Of a stretch of 64,000 nucleotides of DNA, positions 38,682 through 49,312 are shown one piece after another (position 1 is the stretch's first letter; each line of letters begins with the position of its first letter). The notes under the pieces were generated by a model. The model saw nothing but the letters and a program-made list of their open reading frames with translations, was not told the DNA's origin and searched no databases. The position numbers were made by a program, and so were the translations under genes. Source of the DNA: an uncultured Thermoleophilia bacterium (GTDB lineage: Bacteria; Actinomycetota; Thermoleophilia; UBA2241); the NCBI GenBank assembly GCA_963741075.1, contig CAVUGS010000019.1, forward strand, positions 157,313-221,312, read 5' to 3'.

Positions 38682-39323
38682 GTGAGCGACGGTCCCACCA
38701 TCTACGCTGCTGAACCCCTGCAGGTCTACCTCGACGACGCCGCCAGCAAGAAGCCGGCGCCCGGCGGCGGCAGCGTCTCCGCCTGCGTCGGCGCGCTCGG
38801 CGCCGCGCTCGTCGCCATGGTCTGCAACCTGACCCAGGGGCGCGAGAAGTTCGCCGACGTCGAGACCGAGATCGTCGCCCTCGTCGGCCAGGCCGAGCAG
38901 GACCAGAAGCGGCTCGAGCAGCTGCTGCAGGACGACACCACCGCCTACAACGGCGTCATCGACGCCTACAAGATGCCCAAGGACACGGACGAGGAGAAGG
39001 CGGCGCGCAAGGCGGCCGTCCAGGCCGGCCTCATCGTCGCCGCCGACGTCCCGCTCGAGATCTGCCGCGTCGCCGTGGACGTCTGCCGCCTCAGCAAGGT
39101 GGCGGCCGAGCTCGGCAACCCGCAGGCCGTCACCGACGCCGGCATCGGCGCGATCCTCGGCGAGGCCGCCGTCGTCGGCGCCGCGCTCAACGTGCGCATC
39201 AACCTCGGCTCCATCGAGGACTGCGACTACACGACGACCGCGGCCGCCGAGATCGACAAGATCCAGGCGGAGGCCGCGGCCCTGCGCGAGGAAGTCCTCG
39301 CCATCACGCTCTCCAAGCTCTGA
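38682..39323 (+). CDS. fchA: Cyclodeaminase/cyclohydrolase-family protein (FTCD C-terminal domain; FchA-like methenyl-THF cyclohydrolase), intact
   Basis: LDDAASKKPAPGGGSVSACVGALGAALVAMVCNLTQG is typical of FTCD_C/FchA. The ORF is 213 aa. Confidence 0.75.
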   Translation: MSDGPTIYAAEPLQVYLDDAASKKPAPGGGSVSACVGALGAALVAMVCNLTQGREKFADVETEIVALVGQAEQDQKRLEQLLQDDTTAYNGVIDAYKMPKDTDEEKAARKAAVQAGLIVAADVPLEICRVAVDVCRLSKVAAELGNPQAVTDAGIGAILGEAAVVGAALNVRINLGSIEDCDYTTTAAAEIDKIQAEAAALREEVLAITLSKL

Positions 39324-39359
39324 TCACCCCCTGACGACCGCACACGAGAGGGAACAGCC

Positions 39360-40216
39360 ATGGCAGCACAGATCATCGACGGCAAGGCGATCGCCGAGCA
39401 GGTCCGCGAAGAGATCAAGGCCGAGGTCGCGCAGCTCGCGGCCAAGGGCGTCAAGCCCGGCGTCGCCACCATCCTGGTGGGCGAGGACGGCGGCGCGCAG
39501 TTCTACCGCGGCCAGATCGAGAAGAACACCGGCACGGTGGGCTTCGAGTACTTCAACCACACGCTCCCGGCGGGCGCCGGCGAGGCCGAGATCCTCGACG
39601 CTCATCGCCAAGCTCAACGCCGACCCGGCCGTGCACGGCATCCTCGCGCTCATGCCGATGGACGCCCAGGTCGAGCAGAACACGGTGTTCAACGCGATCG
39701 CGCCGGTGAAGGACCTCGACTGCGTGAACCCGGCCAACATCGGCCACGTGCTGCTCGGCGACCAGCTGTTCGCGCCGGCCACGCCGAGCGCCTGCATCGA
39801 GATCCTCGACCGCGAGGGCATCGAGCTGCAGGGCCTCGACGTCACCATCGTCAACCACTCGAACATCGTCGGGAAGCCGGTGGCGCTGCTCTGCCTCAAC
39901 CGCAACGCCTCGGTCCACGTCGTGCACGTGTTCAGCAAGGACGTGCCCGGCCGCCTGCCGCGAGGCCGACGTGCTCATCTGCGCCGCGCCGGTGCAGAAC
40001 CTGATCAAGGCCGACATGGTCAAGCCGGGCGCCGTGGTCATCGACGTCACCACGATCCGCGTCGAGCGGCAAGCAGGTCGGCTCGCTCGAGTTCGAGGCC
40101 GTCTGCGAGGTCGCCGGCCGCGTCACGCCGGTCCCCGGCGGCGTCGGCCCCGTCACCAACGTCATCCTGCTCAAGAACGCCCTCGCCGCCTGCAAGGCGC
40201 AGACGGGCGCGAGCTG
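39360..40216 (+). CDS. folD: Bifunctional methylene-THF dehydrogenase / methenyl-THF cyclohydrolase FolD, 3 frame shifts
   Basis: Matching segments include [51 protein letters not shown] and [16 protein letters not shown] lies at 40214-40216. Confidence 0.85.
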
Positions 40217-40391
40217 ACACAGCGCGTCGGCGGGCGGCGGGCGCGGCGGCCCCTGGGCCGCGGTACCCGCCGCCCGCCAAGTGTGGTTCACTTAGGCATA
40301 GTCAGGCACTGAGATGGGAAGGAGGGCGGCCGGCTGGCACTCTGCCGCGGCCGCCCGACGAACGCGGAAAGCGCGAAGCGGAGTTGATGCG

Positions 40392-40943
40392 ATGCCCAGG
40401 CGAGAAGCCACCCCGGCGCCGGCCGAGCAGGCCGCCGCAGCCCCCGAGCCCGACGTCGACCTCTCCAAGGTCCACGAGATCCTCGAAGAGATCGACCCGC
40501 ACGGCAACCTGATCGCCCTGCTGCAGCGCACCCAGGACGCCTACGGCTACCTGCCGGAGCCGGTGGTCGACGAGATCGCCCGGCTCAGCGGCGTCCGTGC
40601 CTCGCGCATCTACGGCATCGTCACGTTCTACGCGCAGTTCACCACCGTCCCCACCGGCCGGCACAAGTGCCTCGTGTGCCACGGCACGGCCTGCCACGTG
40701 GCCGGCGCGACGCGCATCACCGAGGCCCTGGAGCAGGAGCTCCTGGTGGCCGACGGCGAGACGCGCGCCGACCTCGAGTTCACGCTGGACTCGGTGGCCT
40801 GCATGGGCGCCTGCTCGCAGGCGCCCGTCATGCGCATCGACGACGAGACCTACGGCAATCTGAGCGCCGACGAGACGCGCAAGGTCGCGCGCAAGCTGCT
40901 CGAGCAGGTCGCGGCGGGACAGGGAGGCGGCTCCGATGCCTGA
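40392..40943 (+). CDS. NuoE/HndA-like [2Fe-2S] thioredoxin-fold subunit, intact
   Basis: The Cys motif is C-x4-C ... C-x3-C (CLVCHGTACHVAG ... CMGACSQAP). Preceding segments are LLQRTQDAYGYLP and YGIVTFYAQF. Confidence 0.85.
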   Translation: MPRREATPAPAEQAAAAPEPDVDLSKVHEILEEIDPHGNLIALLQRTQDAYGYLPEPVVDEIARLSGVRASRIYGIVTFYAQFTTVPTGRHKCLVCHGTACHVAGATRITEALEQELLVADGETRADLEFTLDSVACMGACSQAPVMRIDDETYGNLSADETRKVARKLLEQVAAGQGGGSDA

Positions 40944-42828
40944 GGCCGCCGTGCCCGCCGAGGGCGTCAAGGTCGGGGTGTCGTCCGGCGCCGACGGCCG
41001 CCGCCGGGTGTCGGTCTGCGCCGGCACCGCCTGCGTGTTCGCCGGCTCCCTGAAGATCCACGACGCGTTCGTCGCCGAGATCGCCGAGGCCGGCCTGCAG
41101 GACCAGGTCGAGGTCAGCATCATCGGCTGTCACGGCCTCTGCTCCCAGGGGCCGCTGGCGGTCGTGTCGGACGGCGACACGTACTATCCGCGCCTCAAGA
41201 TCAAGGACGTCAAGACGGTCGTCGAGGACCACCTCGCCGGCGGGCAGGTGGTCGAGAAGCTGCTGTACGTCGACCCGGCCACGGGCGAGCGCATCGCCTG
41301 CTCCCACGACATCCCGTTCTACAAGGCCCAGGACCGCATCGCGCTGCGCGACGTCGGCGTCATCAACCCGGAGAGCCTGGACGAGTACCTGGCGCGGGGC
41401 GGCTACGAGGCCGCGCGCAAGGCGCTCACGACCATGACGCCCGAGGCGATCATCGAGGAGCTTCTCGCCTCCGGCCTGCGCGGCCGCGGCGGCGCCGGCT
41501 TCCCGACGGGCATGAAGTGGAAGTTCGCGGCGGCCTCGCCCGGCGACGTCAAGTACATCATCTGCAACGGCGACGAGGGCGACCCCGGCGCGTTCATGGA
41601 CGCCTCCATCATGGACGGCGACCCGCACGCCGTGCTCGAGGGCATGCTCATCGGCAGCTACGCCATCGGCGCGCACGAGGGCTACATCTACGTGCGCGCC
41701 GAGTACCCGCTCGCCGTCAAGCGCCTGCGGATGGCCATCGCGGCCGCCGAGGAGCGCGGCCTGCTGGGCGACGACGCGCTCGGCAGCGGCTGGCGGCTTC
41801 CACCTCAAGATCAAGGAAGGCGCCGGCGCCTTCGTCTGCGGCGAGGAGACGGCGCTGATCGCCTCCATCGAGGGCAAGCGCGGCATGCCGCGCACGCGGC
41901 CGCCGTTCCCCGCGGTCAGCGGCCTCTGGGGCAAGCCCACCAACATCAACAACGTCGAGACCTGGGCCAACGTGCCCTGGATCGTCGCCAACGGGGCGGC
42001 CGCCTACGCCGCCTACGGCAACGAGACGTGCAAGGGCACCAAGGCCTTCAGCCTCGCCGGCAAGATCGTCAACGGCGGCCTCGCCGAGGTGCCCATGGGC
42101 TCCACGCTGCGCCACGTCATCTTCGACGTCGGCGGCGGCATCAAGGACGGCAAGCAGTTCAAGGCGGTGCAGCTCGGCGGCCCGTCCGGCGGCTGCGTGC
42201 CCGCCGCGCCTGCTCGACACGCCGGTCGACTACGAGAGCCTCGCCGCGACCGGCGCCATCGTCGGCTCCGGCGGCATGGTCGTCGCCGACGACACCACCT
42301 GCATGGTCGACCTCGCCAGGTACTTCCTGCAGTTCACGCAGAACGAGAGCTGCGGCAAGTGCGTCCCCTGCCGCCTCGGCACCAAGCGCATGCTCGAGAT
42401 CCTCGACGCGCATCACGGAGGGCAACGGCGAAGAGGGCGACATCGAGCGCCTCGAGAGCATGGCCGTGAACATCAAGAAGACCAGCCTCTGCGGCCTCGG
42501 CCAGACGGCGCCCAACCCGGTGCTCACGACGATCCGCTACTTCCGCGACGAGTACCAGGCGCACATCGACGAGCGCCGCTGCCCGGCGCTGTCGTGCGAG
42601 GCGCTCATCGCCTACGTGGTCGACCCGGACGCCTGCACCGGCTGCACGCTGTGCGCCAAGAAGTGCCCGGTGGACGCGGCGACCGGCACCAAGAAGGAGC
42701 CGCACACCATCGACCAGGCGCTCTGCATCCGCTGCGACGCCTGCCGCGCCGCCTGCAAGTTCGACGCGGTCAAGGTCGTCAGCGGGCCCGAGGAGATCGC
42801 CGCGGCCGTGCGCGCGCAGCACACCTGA
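40936..42828 (+). CDS. NuoF/HndC/HydB-like NAD(P)H-binding FMN iron-sulfur subunit with an N-terminal [2Fe-2S] domain and two C-terminal [4Fe-4S] ferredoxin motifs; 3-4 frame shifts
   Basis: Matching segments include [64 protein letters not shown] and [11 protein letters not shown]. Confidence 0.85.
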   Translation: MPEAAVPAEGVKVGVSSGADGRRRVSVCAGTACVFAGSLKIHDAFVAEIAEAGLQDQVEVSIIGCHGLCSQGPLAVVSDGDTYYPRLKIKDVKTVVEDHLAGGQVVEKLLYVDPATGERIACSHDIPFYKAQDRIALRDVGVINPESLDEYLARGGYEAARKALTTMTPEAIIEELLASGLRGRGGAGFPTGMKWKFAAASPGDVKYIICNGDEGDPGAFMDASIMDGDPHAVLEGMLIGSYAIGAHEGYIYVRAEYPLAVKRLRMAIAAAEERGLLGDDALGSGWRLPPQDQGRRRRLRLRRGDGADRLHRGQARHAAHAAAVPRGQRPLGQAHQHQQRRDLGQRALDRRQRGGRLRRLRQRDVQGHQGLQPRRQDRQRRPRRGAHGLHAAPRHLRRRRRHQGRQAVQGGAARRPVRRLRARRACSTRRSTTRASPRPAPSSAPAAWSSPTTPPAWSTSPGTSCSSRRTRAAASASPAASAPSACSRSSTRITEGNGEEGDIERLESMAVNIKKTSLCGLGQTAPNPVLTTIRYFRDEYQAHIDERRCPALSCEALIAYVVDPDACTGCTLCAKKCPVDAATGTKKEPHTIDQALCIRCDACRAACKFDAVKVVSGPEEIAAAVRAQHT

Positions 42829-42848
42829 GGCGTGCGAGACTCGGGTGC

Positions 42849-42891
42849 CCGAGGGGCCGGCGATGCCGCAGCGGCGTCGCCGGCCCCTCGG
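42849..42891 (+). terminator. 15-bp perfect hairpin after the NuoF-like gene
   Basis: ccgaggggccggcga (42849-42863) pairs with tcgccggcccctcgg (42877-42891). Confidence 0.4.
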
Positions 42892-43075
42892 CGTTCCATC
42901 CATCAGACCCCTTGCCCCCCGGCTCGTTTTGTGCGTATCGTTCCTTAGGTGACTAACCAACGCAGTCCGGCGACGACCAGCAGGGGGTGGAACAAGCACA
43001 GCGGCAGTCCTGAGCACTACGGAACGCGGCGTGCCGCCGGGGGTCGGCCGGACGTCCGCAGACTAGGGGGGTAGT

Positions 43076-44703
43076 GTGGCAGAAGAACTCGCATTCGCAC
43101 GCAAAGCAAGCGGCCTCGTGCGCGGTCTGTCCATGACGGACGCCGTGGCCGTCGGCCTCATGAACCAGGGCATCACGCCCAGCATCTGGACGATGATCAC
43201 CTGGGGACTCGGTACGTATCTCACCGGCAACCTGCTCTGGGCGAGCGTCATCTCGCTCGTGCTCGTCGGCTTCGGCTTCCCGCTCGTCTGGGGCATCCTC
43301 TCCGGCAGCATGCCGCGCTCGGGCGGCGAGTACATCTACAACTCGCGCATCATCCACCCGATCGTCGGTATCGCCGAGAGCTTCGGCAACGCCTTCGTCA
43401 TGATCTTCTGGGTCTACGTCCTGGCGCCGTGGATCGCCGACCCGGGTCTCGTCATCATCGCGGAGTACGAGGGCTGGTCCTGGCTCTACAACAGCGACAC
43501 CGGCGCCTTCTTCGGGGGCCTCTCGTACAACTGGGGCGTGTTCGTCGTCGCGACTGTCGCCAACGTGCTGGCCGTGCTCACGATGATCTTCGGCGTGAAG
43601 ATCTTCGCGACCATCCAGAAGGCCATCATGATCTTCGCGCTCGGCGGCGCCGCCATCATCACCGGCGCCATCATGTTCAGCAGCAAGACGCTCGTTCGCC
43701 GCGAACTGGGACGCGATGGCGGCCAAGTACGACTCGCTCAAGTACTCCGAGGTGGTCCCCGCCGTGTCGAAGGCGATCGGTGAGGCGGTGCCGACCAGCT
43801 CGACCTTCTACGGCACGCTCGGCGTCATGGTCGCCGGCTCGTGGCTGTTCGCCTACGCCTACTTCTGCGTCTTCGTCGCGGGGGAGGTCAAGCGGCCGGA
43901 CAAGACGCTGATCAGCGCCAACTTCATCGCCATCCTCGTGCCGGCGCTGTTCATGATCTGGACCGCCCTGGCCATGTACCGCACGATGCCGTTCGACTTC
44001 ATCTCGGCGACGGCGTGGATCGACAACAACGGCGGCATCGACGGCTACAACCTGCCGTTCCTGCCCAGCTACATGAGCCTCGGGTACGTCGCCCACTCGA
44101 ACGTGATCGTGGCGCTGGCCGCCGGCGTGTCGTACATGCTGTTCTGCTTCTGGTACGTGGCGCTCAGCTACCTCGCCTTCCCGCGCATCATCTTCGCCTG
44201 GGGCATGGACCGCATGGGCCCCAAGTGGTTCACGTCGATCAACCCGCGGTGGGCCAGCCCGGTCAAGAACTACATCCTCTGCTTCGTCCTCTGCCAGGCG
44301 GCGATCGCGCTCTACTCGTTCTGGCTGGGCAGCTACATGCAGGGCCTTACGGTGACCGGCATGGAGATCGTCTCCGTGTGGGGCGTGACCACCATCGCCG
44401 CGATCCTCTTCCCCTACATGAAGCGCTCCAAGGGCATCTGGGAGTCGTCGCCGTACAGGACGTGGAAGTTCGCCGGCGTCCCGCTCATCGTCTGGGGCGG
44501 CCTGGTCTCCCTCGTCTACCTCGGCATCCTCTTCTACTTCCTGATCTTCACGGAGGAGATGAAGGACTCCAACGGCCAGTCGTGGATCCTGTACGGCATC
44601 GTCTGGGTCATCGGCATCATCTGGTACTTCTTCTGGGCCGGCCGCAGCAAGGCGCGTCGGTGTCGACGTCGGCATGACCTACGGGGAGCTGCCGCCGGAG
44701 TGA
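43076..44703 (+). CDS. APC-superfamily amino acid/polyamine permease, 2 frame shifts
   Basis: The GTG start follows a G6 run. The product is a multi-TM protein with GSMPRSGGEYIYNSR, AGEVKRPDKT and AFPRIIFAWGMDRMGPKWF. It is a paralogue of 45628-47284. Confidence 0.75.
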
Positions 44704-44744
44704 TCCTCCCGCACGACTCCGTCGCCCTGCCGGCGACGTGACGT

Positions 44745-44785
44745 GGCCCGGGCCGGCGCGCCGAACAGGCGCGCCGCCCCGGGCC
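44745..44785 (+). terminator. 18-bp hairpin (1 mismatch) followed by TTGTCGTG
   Basis: ggcccgggccggcgcgcc (44745-44762) pairs with ggcgcgccgccccgggcc (44768-44785). Confidence 0.45.
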
Positions 44786-44917
44786 TTGTCGTGCCGGCGG
44801 TCCGCGCGCGATTCGCAACCGCGGCCGTGGCGCGCGGACCCGAGAAGTTCGGCTGAACGTCCGAATCAGGCTGCTCGCCGAGCGATTCGCCCGGGTGGTG
44901 CCGAAACCGAGCGAAAT

Positions 44918-44962
44918 GTAGGATTCGGCAGGGTGCGAAATTCGCGGATTGCCGAATCCTAC
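44918..44962. promoter_or_regulatory. Nested palindrome: 13-bp arms GTAGGATTCGGCA/TGCCGAATCCTAC enclosing GCGAA-A-TTCGC, upstream of the Lrp gene
   Basis: The arms lie at 44918-44930 and 44950-44962, and the inner palindrome at 44935-44945. Further GATTCG/TTCGG half sites lie at about 44809-44890. A TTGACA lies at 44979-44984. Confidence 0.45.
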
Positions 44963-45043
44963 GTGCTTCCTACGGCTCTTGACATTTTCCGACGTGGGGT
45001 ATCCAAATAAGCCTCACGAATGGACTGACCAGGGGGGACGAAG

Positions 45044-45535
45044 TTGCCATTCACCCTCGACGCGATCGACAGGCAGATCGTGTCCCTTCTGATAGAGGAC
45101 GGCCGCACCTCGTCGGCCGAGATCACCCGGCGCATCGGGCACGTCTCCGAGCGCGCCGTGCGCTACCGGATCGAACGCCTCATCCGCACCGGCGTCATCC
45201 GCGTCAGCGCCATCGTCATGCCCCAGGCCGTCGGCTTTCCCGTCATCGGCGACGTTCTCGTCGATGTCGCCCCCGGCAAGCTGCAGGACGTCGCCGCACA
45301 GCTGGTCGAGTTCCCCACCGTGAGCTACGTGGCGGGTTCGGTCGGCGAAGGCGACCTCAGTGTCCAGGTCTACGCGCGGGACACGGAGGAGCTCCTCCGC
45401 TTCGTCAACGAAGTCATCGGCAAGGTCCCTGGAGTGACGCGCACCAAGCTCGCGATGGTGCCGTGGAAGCTCAAGGATGTCTATCAGTGGCACGTGCCGT
45501 CCGAGGCCGCTGAAGAAGGGAGGGCGATCGGCTGA
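45044..45535 (+). CDS. Lrp/AsnC-family transcriptional regulator, intact
   Basis: The TTG start follows a G6 run. The HTH is LDAIDRQIVSLLIEDGRTSSAEITRRIG, and the C-terminal domain is RAM/AsnC_trans_reg-like. Confidence 0.85.
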   Translation: MPFTLDAIDRQIVSLLIEDGRTSSAEITRRIGHVSERAVRYRIERLIRTGVIRVSAIVMPQAVGFPVIGDVLVDVAPGKLQDVAAQLVEFPTVSYVAGSVGEGDLSVQVYARDTEELLRFVNEVIGKVPGVTRTKLAMVPWKLKDVYQWHVPSEAAEEGRAIG

Positions 45536-45627
45536 GGATCCGCGTTCGTGCCCGGTTGTTGTTCCATCAATCACGGCATCGCCGGCCAGGGGCCTGACCG
45601 GCGTGACGTTGCAGCAAGGGGGGAACT

Positions 45628-47284
45628 TTGGCTGAAGAACTAGCCTTTGCCCGCAAAGCCAGCGGCCTCGTCCGCGGCCTCTCCATGTGGGACGCGTTCG
45701 GCGTCGGCTTCATGAACCAGGGGCTCACGCCTTCGATCTGGGTCATGACCAGCCTCGGCGTCGGCGTCTACCTCGGCGGTAACCTCATCTGGGCGACGAT
45801 CATCTCGATGATCCTCGCCGGCATCGGCTTCCCGATCGTCTGGGGCGTGCTCGGCGGCTCCATGCCCCGGTCGGGCGGCGAGTACATCTACAACTCGCGC
45901 ATCATCCACCCCATCGTGGGTATCGGCGAGTCGTTCGGCAACGCCTTCGTGTGGATCATGTGGATCTACGTGCTGGCGCCCTGGATGGCCGATCCCGGCA
46001 TGGTGATGATGTCGCAGTTCATGGGCTGGACGTGGCTCTACAACCCCGAGACCGAGCAGTTCTTCGGGAGCCTCAGCTACACGTGGGGCAGCTTCGTCAT
46101 CGCCACCATCGCCAACATCGTCGCCTTCCTGTTCGTGGTGTTCGGCATCAAGTGGTTCGCGCGCATCCAGAAGGTCGTCATGATCTTCGGCATCGGCGGC
46201 TGCGCCGTGCTGCTCGCCGCCATCAGCTACTACGCGCTCAAGCTCGGCCAGACCGGGTTCGTGGACAGCTGGAACGCCACCGCCGCGCAGTACGGCTCGA
46301 TCGACTACGCCGGCTTCCTCGCCAAGGCCGGCGAAGAGGCCGGCCAGCGCCATGCCGACCACGTGGAACTGGTTCGACACCTTCGGCGTCATGGTCGCCG
46401 GCTCGTGGCTGTTCGCCTACAGCTACTGCATCACGTTCATCGCCGGCGAGGTGAAGCGTCCCGACAAGACCATCATCCTGTCGAACCTCTTCGCGATCAT
46501 CGTCCCCGGCGTGTTCATGCTCTGGGCGGCGGTCGCGCTGTACGGCCTGGTCAAGTTCGACTTCTTCTCGGCGACGCAGTTCGTCGACAACGCCGGCAGC
46601 GACCTGGGCGGCGCCTACACGGTGCCGTGGAGCACCAACTTCCTCGGCATCCTCGCCATGGTGACCACCAACAAGATCGTCCTGTTCATCTCGGTGCTGT
46701 CGTTCCTCGCGTTCGACCTGTGGTGGGTCGCGCTCAGCTACCTGGCGTTCCCGCGCATCATCTTCGCCTGGGGCATGGACCGCATGGGCCCCAAGTGGTT
46801 CACGGACATCAACCCGCGCTTCGCGAGCCCGGTCAAGAACCACGTCCTGTGCTTCGTGCTCGGCCAGATCATGATCGCCGTGTACGTCTTCTGGCAGAAC
46901 GAAGCGATGCAGGGCCTCGCCGTCACCGCGCTCGAGATCTTCTCCGTGTTCGGCGTGACGGCCATCGCGGCCCTGCTGTTCCCCTACGTCAAGCGCGCCA
47001 AGGGCATCTGGGACGCGTCGCCGTACAAGACCTGGAAGCTCGCCGGCATCCCGGTGGTCACGATCGGCGCGATCGTCGACCTCGTCTACCTGGGCATCCT
47101 GGCGTACTTCTTCTTCTTCCTCCCGGACCCGGACAAGCGCCTCGAGGGCTTCACCACCAACACGGCCATCCTCATCGCCGTGACGTGGATCGCGGGCATC
47201 ATCTGGTACCTGTTCTGGAAGCAGCGCAGCAAGAGCGTGGGCGTCGACGTGTCGATGACCTACGGCGAGTTGCCGCCTGAGTGA
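45628..47284 (+). CDS. APC-superfamily amino acid/polyamine permease, 1 frame shift near 46350
   Basis: The TTG start follows a G6 run. The conserved blocks are the same as in 43076-44703 (GSMPRSGGEYIYNSR, AGEVKRPDKT, AFPRIIFAWGMDRMGPKWF, C-terminal MTYGELPPE). Confidence 0.75.
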
Positions 47285-47297
47285 TCGAACGGTACCT

Positions 47298-47331
47298 TGA
47301 GGGGGTGGGGGCATCCGCCCCCACCCCCTCA
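47298..47331 (+). terminator. 15-bp perfect hairpin with a tetraloop between the permease and phosphoesterase genes (no T tail)
   Basis: tgagggggtgggggc (47298-47312) pairs with gcccccaccccctca (47317-47331). Confidence 0.35.
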
Positions 47332-47351
47332 CTGGCCTCTGGAGTGTGTAG

Positions 47352-48285
47352 ATGAACAAGCTTTTCATGGTCACCGACATCCACGGCTCGAACGTGTGCT
47401 ACCGGAAGTTCCTGAACGCGCTTCCGATCTACGGCGCCGACCTGGCCGTGCTCATGGGTGACCTCACCGGTAAGGTCCTCGTGCCGCTCGTCGACAAGGG
47501 CGGGGACCAGTGGGAATGCACCCTGATGGGGCAGTACCGCGAGATCAACGGGCAAGAAGAGCTCGCGGACATCAAGAAGACCATCGAGAACGCGGGCTAC
47601 TACTGGGTCCACCAGACGCGCGAGGAGTTCGACGACACGCGCAGCCGACCCGGCCAAGATCGACGCCCTGTTCAAGAGCCTCGTCTTCCAGCGCGTCCAG
47701 GAGTGGCTCGACCTCGCCGACGAGCGTCTCGAGGGCAAGCCGTTCCAGATGTACATGGCGCCGGGCAACGACGACTGGTTCGTGATCGACGACATGATCG
47801 ACAACGCCAAGCTCGTGCACCCGTGCGACAAGCGCGTCGTCGAGATCGACCACCACGAGATGATCACCTCGTCGGCGTCCAACCCCACGCCGTGGGACAC
47901 GCCGCGCGAGATGAGCGAAGAGGACCTGGAGAAGCACCTGCGCGAGCTGTGCGCCAAGGTCAAGAACCAGGAGACGGCGATCTACAACTTCCACGTGCCG
48001 CCGTACGGGTACTCGCTCGACCTGTGCCCGAAGCTCGACGAGAACCTCACCATGGCCGCCGACGAGAAGATCCACGCCGGCAGCCTCGGCGCCAAGCGGG
48101 TCATCGAGGAGTACCAGCCCCTGCTGGGCCTGCACGGCCACATCCACGAGTCGCGCGGCGCGCAGAAGGCCGGCCGCACCCTGCTCATCAACCCGGGCAG
48201 CGAGTACTCGGAGGGCATCCTCAAGGGCGTCATCATCATGCTCGACAAGAAGAAGATCAAGGACTACGTCTTCACCTCCGGGTGA
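47352..48285 (+). CDS. Calcineurin-like metallophosphoesterase, 1 frame shift near 47640
   Basis: Motifs present: MVTDIHG, LMGDLTG, APGNDD and GLHGHIHES. Confidence 0.7.
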
Positions 48286-48347
48286 GCCGAGCGTAGACTC
48301 CATTCTTCGAACGCGACGCCGAACCCGGAAGGGGGCGATAGACACAG

Positions 48348-49154
48348 ATGGGACAGTTCATCCTGCCGAAGGACATCCCGCTCGACCGCTATCCCAAGCC
48401 TGAGGTCTTCCTCGACGAGGGCAAGCGCATCGCGGAAGCGGCGCAGCAGCAGGGCATCATCATGCGCGTCATGGGCCCCCTCGCGCTCCACTACTACTTC
48501 CCGGACCAGATCGACCTGTACGCGAAGCTGGAGCGGCTGGGCGACCGGTACTTCACCGACATCGACTTCGCCGTCTACGGCAAGGGCCGCAAGGGCATGG
48601 GCAAGCTCATGGAGTCGCTCGGCTACGAGAACGACCTGCAGACGATGGCGATGACCGGCCAGACCCGCCAGATCTACTTCGGCGGCAAGGTCCCCATGAT
48701 CGACATCTTCTTCGACAAGCTCGACTACTGCCACGAGATCAACTACGACGGCCGTCTCGAGCTCGACCCCTGGAGCGTCTCGCTCGCCGACATCATGCTG
48801 CAGAAGCTGCAGATCTGGGAGATCAACGACAAGGACCTCAAGGACATCGAGTACCTCTTCACCGTGGCCGACTTCGGCGAGGACGACACGAAGAAGGTCA
48901 ACGAGGGCTACGTCGCCCGGCGCCTCGCCGACGACTGGGGGTTCTGGTACACCGCGACCACGAACCTCGACCGCGTCAAGGACCACGTCGACGGCGTCAA
49001 CGCGCTGAGCGACGAGCAGAAGGCCAAGATCAAGCAGAGGGCCGACGAGGTCCGCGCGCGCATCGACCGCGAGCCCAAGACCAAGAAGTGGGAGAAGCGC
49101 GCCAAGAAGGGCACCAAGAAGATCTGGTACAACACCGGGTTCTCCGACTGGTGA
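48348..49154 (+). CDS. Hypothetical protein, possibly nucleotidyltransferase-fold (NTP_transf_5-like), with a Lys-rich C-terminal tail; intact
   Basis: The ORF is 268 aa, with MRVMGPLAL..RYFTDIDFAVYG (a G-x-n-DxD-like pattern) and the tail KTKKWEKRAKKGTKK. Its composition is less Ala/Arg/Gly-rich than that of its neighbours. The family call is weak. Confidence 0.45.
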   Translation: MGQFILPKDIPLDRYPKPEVFLDEGKRIAEAAQQQGIIMRVMGPLALHYYFPDQIDLYAKLERLGDRYFTDIDFAVYGKGRKGMGKLMESLGYENDLQTMAMTGQTRQIYFGGKVPMIDIFFDKLDYCHEINYDGRLELDPWSVSLADIMLQKLQIWEINDKDLKDIEYLFTVADFGEDDTKKVNEGYVARRLADDWGFWYTATTNLDRVKDHVDGVNALSDEQKAKIKQRADEVRARIDREPKTKKWEKRAKKGTKKIWYNTGFSDW

Positions 49155-49202
49155 GCCGCGGGGCGGCCCGGCGCAGCCGAGGCCGCCGCGCGCCAGAGAC
49201 GA

Positions 49203-49238
49203 CGAGGGCCGGGACGCCTGCGGGCATCCCGGCCCTCG
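49203..49238. terminator. 12-bp hairpin between convergent genes (possible bidirectional terminator)
   Basis: cgagggccggga (49203-49214) pairs with tcccggccctcg (49227-49238). Confidence 0.4.
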
Positions 49239-49312
49239 CTGCGTCCCGGCGGCCTGCGGCGCCGCCCTGCGCGCCGCCGGCCTGCGGCGCTCCGTGCCGT
49301 GCGGCGCCTACG

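Noticed and set aside
42892-43075. A riboswitch (glycine, lysine or guanidine type) in the 180-nt region upstream of the first APC permease.
   Set aside because: No recognisable conserved core such as the glycine or ykkC signatures is present. The paralogous permease has an unrelated, shorter upstream region.
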